DNA of 48,485 nucleotides, taken from assembly GCA_032718475.1 (NCBI GenBank), contig JAUCBJ010008966.1, positions 1 through 48,485 of the forward strand. The letters are read 5' to 3'. Below are positions 34,353 to 44,956 of the stretch, one piece after another. The notes under the pieces were generated by a model. The model was not told the origin of the DNA. It was given only the letters and a program-made list of their open reading frames with translations, and searched no databases. Origin of the DNA: Nemertoderma westbladi. Its lineage: Eukaryota; Animalia; Xenacoelomorpha. Made by a program: the position numbers and the translations under genes. The first letter of the stretch is position 1; each line of letters begins with the position of its first letter.

Positions 34353-36182
34353 TTAAGTTTCTTTGTATATATCTGTATTTTCTAGAGGAGTAGATGAAGC
34401 TTCTTTGTATATCTCAGTATTTTCTAGAGGGGTAGATGAAGCTTCTTTGTATATCTCAGTATTTTCTAGAGGAGTAGATGAAGCTTCTTTGTATATCTCA
34501 GTATTTTCTAGAGGAGTAGATGAAGCTTCTTTGTATATATCATCATTTTTAAATTCTTGGAATATTCTAGAATTTTGTGTCACATCGCCTTTATCTTCAA
34601 AAACTTCATATTCATCATATTCTGTTTCCATAGCAATATTTTCTACGTTATGTGTTACGTGATCTAATTCTTCATAGACGTGATATAAATCATACTCAGT
34701 TTCCATGGGAATATGATCGACCCCCCTTTCATTCCCCTGGTAATTCATGGTTGTATAAAATTCGGCATCCTTTTCAATCCTCTTAACCACTTCACGTTTC
34801 TTGCAAAACAAAATTACTACAAATACTGATATCGTTATGAAAATCACCATTAACGGAATTGTTATGGCCACTATGATTGATACATTTTGTCTTGTTGGAG
34901 TTGAAGTGATAACAGCTGATGTTGAACTGAAAATAGTTGATGATGAATTGGTAACTGCTGATGAAGAAATGATAAAATCTGGTGTTGATTTGACAACAGA
35001 TGATGATGAACTGATGATAGGTGATGTTGAATTATTGACAGCTGGTGTTGAACTGATGACACCAGGTATTAAGGTTATGGTTTCTTGTGTTACAATAACC
35101 TTGAAGCTGCTTGAATATACATCTTCTTTCCACGGTATGCAGTAAACTTCATACCAGTAGATTGCGCTTTCAACAATTTTTGTCACGTTTACTAATAGTT
35201 TATGTTCCTGTCCCACATCCTCAGTAAAATTCCCAGAACTTCTAAACCATATAATTTTGTTATCTGGAGATCCAGGGATGAACTCGGAATTCAGAACCAG
35301 AATATCTCCTTTAGGAAGTTCAATGTGATCATTTATGTGTATATTGGTGTCTACAGTTATTATAAGATTGGTTGCTAAGTAACCTATTACCATAGTAACG
35401 CCACACTCAATAATCCCATTGGATACAACGTTTTTAGAAATGCAAGTAAACATCTGTTGGTTATATAAACTTGGGTTGGTTTCTATGTCGTCAGGAAGGT
35501 TTAGTTTTAGGATTTCTACTGAATCCAGTTTCTCGTAGGTATAATTATTGTTAATATCTTTATTATCGCTGTTAACCCATTGGAATACGCCGTTGTTAGG
35601 ATAAACAGATTCTTTAGGAGATGGTAACCAATCAGTAGCTTTACATTCAAGGAAGGGGTTTGATTGGTTCGTTTCCGACAGGAATTTATTTGAATTCGGA
35701 TCGAATATTAAAGGACAATTAGAGTCACCGGTTTCTGCTTCCCCATTACAACCGCATTGTAGGTCGGATGATTGACAGCTTGGGAATTGTAAAATATTAG
35801 AATTTAGAAGATAATTAGGATCTCTGCAACAAACATAGTGTTGCGTTCCATTATATTCGTAGTCATATATAAGTTCATTAATAGTAAATGTAACTGTTAG
35901 TGCTTGAAAATCTGTCGCAATTAATCCTCGGTTCACGTTATCAGTGGATAATAGTTGCTTCCATTCCACCGGATAAGTTATGTATAATTTCATGTCAGTC
36001 GTGTTGTCAGCACTTAACTCATCGTCGGGACAAACTAATTTCAGTTTGTCTCGTTTCATTAAACAATCTCGTCCTTCCGGCAATATCATTGTCATGCCAG
36101 ATAAACCAAAGACGAAAACATTGGGCGCAATTGCTATTCCATACACAATACACAATACTTGTATACTTTTCTTGGACATCAT
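34353..36182 (-). CDS. Single-exon type I membrane protein with Ig-like ectodomain, Ser/Thr stalk and Tyr-motif cytoplasmic tail
   Basis: Uninterrupted 609-aa ORF in AT-rich DNA. It has a hydrophobic N-terminus, Ig-like patterns (LECKA..W.P.P....FQW...FTC; IIWF...AIYWYEV), an S/T-rich stalk, a TM segment VSIIVAITIPLMVIFITISVFVVILFC followed by KKR, and many acidic-context tyrosines. Confidence 0.85.
   Translation of the reverse strand: MMSKKSIQVLCIVYGIAIAPNVFVFGLSGMTMILPEGRDCLMKRDKLKLVCPDDELSADNTTDMKLYITYPVEWKQLLSTDNVNRGLIATDFQALTVTFTINELIYDYEYNGTQHYVCCRDPNYLLNSNILQFPSCQSSDLQCGCNGEAETGDSNCPLIFDPNSNKFLSETNQSNPFLECKATDWLPSPKESVYPNNGVFQWVNSDNKDINNNYTYEKLDSVEILKLNLPDDIETNPSLYNQQMFTCISKNVVSNGIIECGVTMVIGYLATNLIITVDTNIHINDHIELPKGDILVLNSEFIPGSPDNKIIWFRSSGNFTEDVGQEHKLLVNVTKIVESAIYWYEVYCIPWKEDVYSSSFKVIVTQETITLIPGVISSTPAVNNSTSPIISSSSSVVKSTPDFIISSSAVTNSSSTIFSSTSAVITSTPTRQNVSIIVAITIPLMVIFITISVFVVILFCKKREVVKRIEKDAEFYTTMNYQGNERGVDHIPMETEYDLYHVYEELDHVTHNVENIAMETEYDEYEVFEDKGDVTQNSRIFQEFKNDDIYKEASSTPLENTEIYKEASSTPLENTEIYKEASSTPLENTEIYKEASSTPLENTDIYKET
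34359..34540 (-). repeat. Coding 42-bp tandem repeat (~4.3 copies, EIYKEASSTPLENT)
   Basis: Directly visible in both DNA and protein. Confidence 0.95.
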
Positions 36183-39100
36183 TGATAAATAAATTATTGA
36201 TATAAATTAGTTATACAACACAATTAATTATTGTATTTTATTATAATTGCAATGATCACCCAAGATTTCAATACCCGTTTTCTGAAGCATCTAACATAAC
36301 CTCATTTAGGGCTATAAAATATAGAAGGAAGTTTCAGAACATAAAAAAATAATGAAAAGTATATAATGTACCTAAAGGAACTGCGATTGCAATGACAATG
36401 TTGGATGTAACAAATCAACTTCAATTTATTGGTTGGACTAAATACTGTTAGGTATAGAATTATTGCCAACAGGCAAATCTCCAACAAAAAAATCCCTCTC
36501 GGTGGGATAAATATTTCTCCATTTGACGCAACACCGCCGCGGCCGCTATGAGGGAGGTGAATACCGCGGCCGCTCCTAAAGCCGCAGGCCATCGCTAACT
36601 ATATAGGTTAACTTGGGATTCTGGGGGACTTTTCGATGAAGGAACTGACCAATTTTTTTTATTTTCGCACCAGGGGAGCGGCTCGGAATTTTAAGATATT
36701 AGCAACTCTAACATTATTAAATCTAACCCTTCGACGGACACGGCGGACAAAAAACCGTCATTTTTTCGACAATTTTAAAATTTTTTTGAAAGGCGCTCTA
36801 CAGTGGCTCGAAAAAACCCTAGGTTATTGCTTAGCCGACGCCGGGATACGATAGAAGGGATTAATTAGTGATTCGTTTTTTTTTTCAAAAAAGATTAACA
36901 CGCCTTTTTTCCGAAAATTTCCGTCAAAGTTGAAAAAACGGACAAAATGACTTTGCGGGATCCGCTATAACTCGGCTAATATTAATCGTACGGGGACGAA
37001 AGTAACGCGGTTGGAAAGGGGAAGAGTGGTACTACCTTCGTATCGAATGGGGGTAAGATATTTATTAAAATTTCGGGTGGAAAAAGGGGCTGTAAATTTG
37101 TACGTTTTTGTCCGTCTTTTTTGGAAAACTTATTTCCGAAATGTTTAATTCGACAACGCGGGTAGGAATCCACTAATTCTTTTATGAAACTCGTAGAAGA
37201 CCATTGGGGCTACGTTCCTATCGAATGGGGGTACAAAAAATATGTCGGCAATAGGGGCCAAAAAGGGCCAGAATTTGTAAAGTAGTTTTTATCGAATAAT
37301 TTTTTATTTTTAACTTTAGTTGGATAAGGTACATTCTATACAGTCAATATCCATACGGGGAATTCAAATATGCTATCGGTTTTGCTCCAAGGATGATATT
37401 AAAAAAATGAGGGCCAAAATTATAATTTCGCGCTTCAAACTTGCTTCGCGGGAAATCGTCTAGCTCGAAAACTACTTAACTTACGGGAGATTTGTTTACA
37501 CAGACTTATAGTGCGTTAAATTATCTATCTAACAGCGTTAATCACAGCGCCGGAGGTATTATACAACTGGAGCGGCAGGCGATCGTGTGAAATATAATAT
37601 TTATAAAAAGGGACGAAAAATTTTTTTTTTTAACAAATCGCTATTCCATTATAATTTAGCGTATTGCGCCAAAAGTATCTGTAAAAAGTATCAAATTAAC
37701 TCCGCTATCTTTTATCTTAACATAAATAATTAAAATTACGAATTTTAAGGGTCGAAAAATATCGCGTTATTTTGGCCCTTTTTTTTAATTTTTTTGGGGC
37801 CAAAAATAACCCCTTCTCAAAAGATTAAGAAAAAAATTACGGCAAAGAATATACCAATTTTATTGAATTTGGACCACCAGAACCGAAGTTAGAGCGATTT
37901 TAGTGAAAAAATAAAAATAATTTTTTTTGCAAAAAAATTAAGAATGGTCAGGTCAATATTGGATTTCGAACCCGCGAACTTAGGTTTCATTAACGTGATT
38001 GATGACCACTAGACTATGTGACCAAGAGAATTTGAAATTTTCGAGTGACTATTTTTAAACATAAATAACTTCGGTTCTACAGGGCCGTTTAATCTGAAAC
38101 TTTTTTCATTGGATAGAAGATAGATTGTAGTGTGTGAAATAGGATAAAACTTGGGAAAAGACTTACAGTATGTGCACTTAGTGCAAAATGCACTTAAATA
38201 GTGAACATTTTTTCGATATTTCAAACACTATTATTTCCAGTTCTATTCATCGTAGAATGTTATTTTTTGGATTAAAATGTAGTTGGGAATGATTTCTAAC
38301 TATAATCGTAACATTTGTTTAACTTTTTATGTCTATAAAGTGACTTAAAATGTCCATGAATATGGTCCAAAATCGCAAATCGAGATTTATTAAATTGGAT
38401 TTTTGACACTTTTAGCGACTGACACTTGATCATACACCATCGTAGATCGGTAGAGGATAAACATAAGTTTGTTAAATAAGAGCCACCATTACGATCTGCT
38501 AAAGTGCATTTGTACAAATAAGTGTGCAAAAGTGCAAATTTTTTTAATAAGGTCAAATTATATAGTATTGGGTTATTTTCTTTGCAGATACTTTATTTTC
38601 ATATTAATATGTTGTTTGAACCTTACTGAGCGCATTTGTGGATATGCGTACAAATAACCGGCCCTTATGAGGCTTCGATTGGGTAAATTAATAAAACATA
38701 AGGTTGTATAGTGTAATATTATAAAAACCAGTGTAATATTAAATGCACTTTAAATAATAAATAGAAATCAAATAACAATTGGACCACACAATTAAAAACT
38801 CGCACAATTTTGTACTTATTATATCGCTTCAAATTAATTCAACAGTGGATATTTGGGGGAAGGGGGAAGTTACAGTGTGCATTCTGGGGAAGTTTGGTGA
38901 ACTGCATTTATGCAGTGAATCCAAACTTCCCCCTTTGATATATCATATACTTAAGACATGCTAGGGTGACGGGGAAATATTTGTTACTGTCACACTTTGC
39001 TTCCATTTATCCTATCCTTTATTATTACCCCAGTCAGATAAGAGATAATAAATCAGTAAAAACTAAACTAAACTGTCTTTCATGCAAACAAATTTCTAAC

Positions 39101-39878
39101 TAAAGACGGGTGAATGACCATGACCATGGAAATAATTTTAAATATAATTGTATATCAACTATTTGGGGAGGCTTCCAAGTTAAACCCGAAAACAATTATT
39201 TTGTTACATAGTAAATAACGTTGTATGTTCTTCTTCCTCTCATAATAAAATATAAATGAAATATCTCAGATCGCTATGTCCTGTAACATTTCACAACCAA
39301 AATATTTAAGTGTGAAAAGTGTAGGCCTACCACACTCCGCCCAAACAACCGCAAACGCATAGACAACAAATATAACAAAAGTTTACATACATGTTGGGTT
39401 CATGACGAGATGAGTGAAAATTGATCGCGTAATATAAAGTAAAAAATTAAGAGACGGGCTGGCTCTCCTCCACTTTCTTACCCAATGGATATGTTGTTGT
39501 AATGATCTAATATTGGGGCGGCTTTATCTCGGTATTTCGTATTAAGTGTCATTCAGTTTATGTGGGAAATTAGAATAGTAGTGGCATGAAGGGAAGGTGA
39601 TTACCATTCCTAGACAACGTAACATATGTAACAGCCAATCACAGCCGATTTTCAAAATTGGCTTCCCGCTCTTACTTAAACCCGCCATTTCGACTGTTTC
39701 CACGTGTTTTTACAACAAACTCACCCAGTCACTCTATTCAGGGCACCTTCTCACCCCTTATTCATTTGTTTCTGGCCCAACAATTTTCTCGCGCACCAAA
39801 CCTATTCTAGGACCAATCACATCACATGCGAACTATTTCACCGGGTAGTGTACAAATTTCGGAATCGAGTAATCTTTA

Positions 39879-40214
39879 GGCCCGTGTGAAGAATACCAGA
39901 CTTTCTGCCGTTATATTTCACTTTGCAGTTACCCCCATGTGAAGAATACCAGGTTTTCACCAAAAACACAGGTTACAGGAGGGCTGAATCTAACCAAAAC
40001 AATAAACGAATTAGTATATGTACAGGTTATAAGCACCCATGTAAAGAATACCAGGATTTCACTTTTTGGTCGACTTTTTATTGGAATTTTATATATGATG
40101 ATTTTTTTATTTTTTTTTTAATTTTTAAAATTTGCTTGCTTTGCTTTGCTTCACATGGGTTAACTGCAAAGTGAAATATAACGGCAGAAAGTCTGGTATT
40201 CTTCACATGGGCCG
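39879..40214. mobile_element. MITE with ~67-bp TIRs, PIF/Harbinger-like
   Basis: 'ggcccgtgtgaagaataccagactttctgccgttatatttcactttgcagtta' has an inverted copy ending at 40213. TTA lies on both flanks, and 'cccatgt(g/a)aagaataccagg' recurs internally. Confidence 0.8.
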
Positions 40215-40250
40215 TTATAAGAAAGAAATACTGTAAGCGCTATAAAACAC

Positions 40251-40322
40251 TTAACCCTTTGACGCCTGTGACCTACATGGTAGGTCACACAATAGGGCTC
40301 TATGACCTACATGGTAGGTCAT
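40251..40322 (+). mobile_element. Orphan piggyBac-like terminus
   Basis: TTAA followed by CCCTTTGACG, then two copies of the palindrome TGACCTAC-ATG-GTAGGTCA. The opposite end was not found. Confidence 0.55.
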
Positions 40323-41189
40323 GATGTTTCTCTTATCATTAGCACTGTATCAGATGGCAGAGCACTAGCATGGAACATTAATTAAATGTACAGAGCCCTT
40401 CAGTGCTTACATCTGGCGGGAAATTCAAATGTATAATAATTTTAATAACTGTCTGTATTGTAGTGTGCAACACCGTTATGAATAACTTTGCAACAAAGTA
40501 AACTAAATATTTTGAATAAAATATGTTCGCAAGAATACTGCATGTAGGTGGCGGAATTCTAATTGAAAAGTATAAAACATATTAAATTGTTGTATTATAT
40601 GTCTATATAGTGTACTGCGTGTGTGCCATAAGATACTCCACAGGTTTCTGTAGAAGAGTTGAGTATCTTACCTAAGTAGTTGCTCAACTTCCAATTTAGT
40701 TTTTCCAAATTGCGCTAATACTATTAATACATTCCTTGTGAAAATTAATAACGATTCGTAAGTAATGAATGCAGTGGACTCCTAAGCTACTCATCTGTCT
40801 GGATACTGAAAGTACTTTGTTTAGCCTATTATTGTGACGGTGTACTGGTAAATGCTATATGCTGTGTACTTGTGTGGTTTTATGATGATGATTGTGCATT
40901 TCAGCATTTGGTTGTTTACGAGATAAATTGATTGTAGTCAGCTACCCGTAACAGAATATTTATTTTGCTGACACTGAATTCTGGTAACCCTGACGCTGGA
41001 TCTCACTCAAGGTGTACTAAATAACAGGTCATACAGCGAGCGGAATGCTGAAATTTGCGTGGGCCGATGGTTTATAGCCAGCTGTATACAGGTATAGGCC
41101 TACTCCAGTATTACATATGAAGTAGAGCAATGTACAAAGTTTTGCATTTACAGAGATAATAATAATTAATGAGAAAATTTATTCTGGTA

Positions 41190-42967
41190 CTAGAAAGCCC
41201 GTGGCCTTCGGCCACGGACCTTCTAGTTAGACCGCAAGCTGGCACAAAGTGAGAAATTAAGTGTTATCAATGGTTTAAAAGTCATATGAACTGAACTGCC
41301 TTTGGAAATTTCTGCTTAATGAGTTTCCCCAGTGACAATAATAATAAGATATTATAATTCTTTATAATAACCAAATTTAATTGATTACCAAATCATTCTG
41401 AACAAAATAATTAATTTCAACCAATAAAAGTTGTAAACTACACAATTATGCAATGGAATATCAAATAAGACAATTGATTCCAGATGAGATCCGGCCAAAA
41501 AATCGACGTGGCTCAAATTTTTTTCAATTACGATTCTTCCATTCCGTGCTCAGATTACACGCGACCGACCCACTTGTAGATAAATTATCTGGGCTCGGAC
41601 TCACGAATCAATCTCCAGTGTCGCCAGTTAGAGAATTTGTAGTCCCTATTCATGAAACATATCAATTACAATCGGGTGACTCCATTGGCTGTTTCTTTCA
41701 ATGCGTAGTGAAGGTTATCAGGATGGACAACTCGGGAAAATCAGAAGATGAGACTGTAGAGTTGGCTATCACGATTTAATATTTGTCGAGCATCCCGTTT
41801 CTGAGCAGTTTCACTGCCACACATTATTGTAGTTGCAACTTGCAACTCGATCCGCTGTCCGGCGAGTTGCCCGTTCCGCGGCAGATTCTAAAGATAGCAC
41901 TGTTGCATTGCAATTGCAACCCTATCCGCTGTCCGGCGAGTTGCCCATTCCGCGGCAGATTCTAAAGATCGCACTGTTGCAGTTGCAACCCTATCCGCTG
42001 TCTGGCGAGTTGCCCGTTTCGCGGCAGATTCTAAAGATCGCACTGTTGCAGTTGCAACCCTATCCGCTGTCTGGCGAGTTGCCCGTTTCGCGGCAGATTC
42101 TAAAGATCGCACTGTTGCAGTTGCAACCCTATCCGCTGTCTGGTAAGTTGCCCATTCTGCGGCAGATTCAGAAGATTGCGCTGTTGCAGTTGCAGTTCGA
42201 TCTGTAGCCAGGCGAATTTCCTGATCGACATCATTTTCCATTGCTCCTGTTTTCGCCACCCTGGAAGAATCTCGGTTCTTCTTTCTATGTGTCAGTCTGG
42301 CTCTCTTTTTCTGAGGCATTATCTGATTATAACAGCAGGCGCCATACCGGTAGTCCTGTAGTCGCAGAGTCATACCGGTCAGCCAGTATTATAATACACT
42401 AACACCAGTAGTGTAGTACAGTTCAGTCATTTCAGTTACCCTACCTGCCTACTGTCCTAATCGTAATACTGTAATACCGGTATACCGGCTGACCGGTACC
42501 GGCGGACCGTGACGAGTCTGATAAGTGCTGAAGTGCAGCAATGCATGTCCGATGCGATACGAACAAAAAGCCTACCGCGCTACCGTAAAAAAAAAAATAA
42601 AATTACCATTCCGTTACCACAGTACAGCAGTACTGCAGCACCAGTCACCGGTACAGAAACAACAGCATTTGGGCATAGGCCTAATTCTGTAATATGCATT
42701 ACCGGTACCGCAGTACCCCATCTGCCTAGGTACAAACGCAGATCAGCTGGAATAATGGTTTTACATTTTATGGGTAGCAGCTAACACTGATTTGCGGGAT
42801 AAAACGGTGTTAAAACGAAAATAACGCCTGTAACTTTCTAGAAAATGTCGTGTTGCAACGTCCGAAGTCAGGCCGGTTCCTAATCTGTCACAATCGCGAT
42901 AAATGGTAGAGATGAGGCGAAACGTATAAGCGAACAGATAGACAGACTGAGGAGATTTATATATATA
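41190..42967 (-). mobile_element. Helitron-like element H4 (internally deleted, keeps an N-terminal coding remnant)
   Basis: The minus-strand 3' end is hairpin CCGTGGCC-GAA-GGCCACGG followed by CTAG|T at 41190. The 5' end TATATATATAAAT...CTGTCT resembles that of the neighbouring copies. Confidence 0.72.
41845..42319 (-). pseudogene. N-terminal remnant of a Helitron-type protein with 23-aa (69-bp) STPR-like repeats
   Basis: MPQKKRAR start followed by ~5 repeats of RSLESAAKRATRQTADRVATATV. The R..ES...R..R...DR pattern is typical of Helitron Rep/helicase N-termini. No Rep or helicase domain is visible. Confidence 0.6.
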
Positions 42968-44956
42968 CTAGAAAGCCTGTGGCCCTTCGGGCCACAGCTT
43001 TCTAGTGCACCTGCAGATGATATATGACTATGTGTGGGAGATTTGAGAACTGCATATGGAACAGACACCATCATTAAATAAAACACCACCCCCATAAGAG
43101 ATAACTGTCAAATTTCAACTTTAGGCAGATTGTAAATAACAAAATTTCCAGAAAATGATCACTTTCAGATCGACTCCGTAAAGGTACAGCCTATGCTGTA
43201 TGCCTACCAAGTTTCAGTCTAAACCGTTAGTAAATAACAGTAGACTGGGGAAGTGTATAGGACTCTGCAACTCCCTAAAGATACAGCCTATGATGTAGTA
43301 GATACCTGCCAAGTTTTAGCTCAAAAAGATTAAAAAGAACCAAATGGGATGAGGTTTTCACTATCAGACAATTCGCCCTCTAGCGGCTGACTGTGGAACT
43401 GTAGACGTCTCTACTACTCCGCAAAGATATAGCCTATGCTATAGTAGATGCCTACCAAGTTTCAGTCTAAAAGGATTGTAAATAACAAAGTTGGAGGAGA
43501 TGTTAACTTTCATACATTTCGCCCTCTAGCGGCAGACGCAGGTAATGTAGACAACTCTGCGCGACTCAGTAAAGATATAGCCTATGCTGTAGTAGATGCC
43601 TACCAAGTTCAGTCTAAACGGATTATAAATAACAAAGTTGGAGAAGATGTTAACTTTCAGACATTTCGCCCTCTAGCGGTAGACTGGGGAATTGTAGACG
43701 ACTCAGTGACTCCGGAAATATACAGCCTATGCTGCAGTATATAGCTACCAAGTTTCAGCTCAAAAGCATTAAAAATAACAAAGTTGGAGAAGATGTTAAC
43801 TTTCAGACATTTCGCCCTCTAGCGGTAGACCGGGGAATTGTAGACGACTCAGCTACTCAGTAAAGTTACAGCCTATGCTGTAGTAGATGCCTACCAAGTT
43901 TCAGTCTAAACGGATTGTAAATAACAAAGTTGGAGAAGATGTTAACTCTCAGACATTTAGCCCTCTAACGGTAGACTGGGGAACTGAAGACAACTCAGTG
44001 ACTCCGGAAATATACAGCCTATGCTGCAGTATATAGCTACCAAGTTTCAGCTCAAAAGCATTAAAAACAACCCAATGAGATCAGGTTTTCACTATCGGAG
44101 AATTCGCCCTCTAGCGGCAGATGGGGAAACTTCAGACGGCTCTGAGTATTACGTTGCAACGAGTTAGGGCAAGACCTATCTAACGAGCTATAGTAAGCGA
44201 GATTTCATGATCGAGATTAGATGTATAATATTAGATAAAATAATAATACAGTAAGTATAGGCCTACAGAAATAATTATTTTACTTTTAATATTCATAACA
44301 GTAAAACAAAAATGTTATAAACCTCTCCTTCCATGCAGCCAATGATTGAGAAAGCAGAATTACACTTGAGCAGTTCGCAACAGACAACCCAAACCCACCC
44401 CAATCAACACTACAGCCTGGCTTGCTCCTTATCTGTGCCCAGCCAGCTAGCTGCGATTTCAATAATTACCTTAACGTTGCTATGATACAGAAAAAAATCC
44501 TTCCCTATATTCACTAAAGCACTAAGAATAGGCCAATTCGATCATGCTTGGCTAATATGACATATTTATACACTATTTGGTTTTTAATCAATAAATAATC
44601 ATACATATTTATATTAAACACTCGAATAAAATAAAAACTTTGTGAGAATGGGACACGGCGAATCTACTCATGTTAATTTTATACCAGATGGGATAAATGT
44701 TAGCCCTCTAAATAATTAATTACCGATAGAAGAACCGAAATAATTCGATAAATTTCGCCCGAAAATCACGAAAATCGCCCTCTAGCGGCAGACGGGTGAA
44801 CTTCAGACGACTCTGAGTATTACGTTGCAACGAGTTAGAGCGAGACCTTTCTAACGAGCTATAGCAAGCGAGATTTCATCGAGATGGGTTCGATTGTATA
44901 GCTGATGACAAACAGACAGACAGACAGACAGACAATCGATATTTATATATATTAGA
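42968..44956 (-). mobile_element. Non-autonomous Helitron H3 (1989 bp)
   Basis: 5' TCTAATATATATAAAT plus (CTGT)n; 3' hairpin CTGTGGCCC-GAA-GGGCCACAG plus CTAG. Confidence 0.85.

Noticed and set aside
36590-38700. Probable non-autonomous DNA transposon sequence (A/T runs, repeated atcgaatgggggta)
   Set aside because: No paired TIRs, TSD or coding remnant could be identified by eye.
44902-44940. CTGATGA as a hammerhead ribozyme core
   Set aside because: There is no stem II or GAAA partner, and the sister copy reads CCGATGA.
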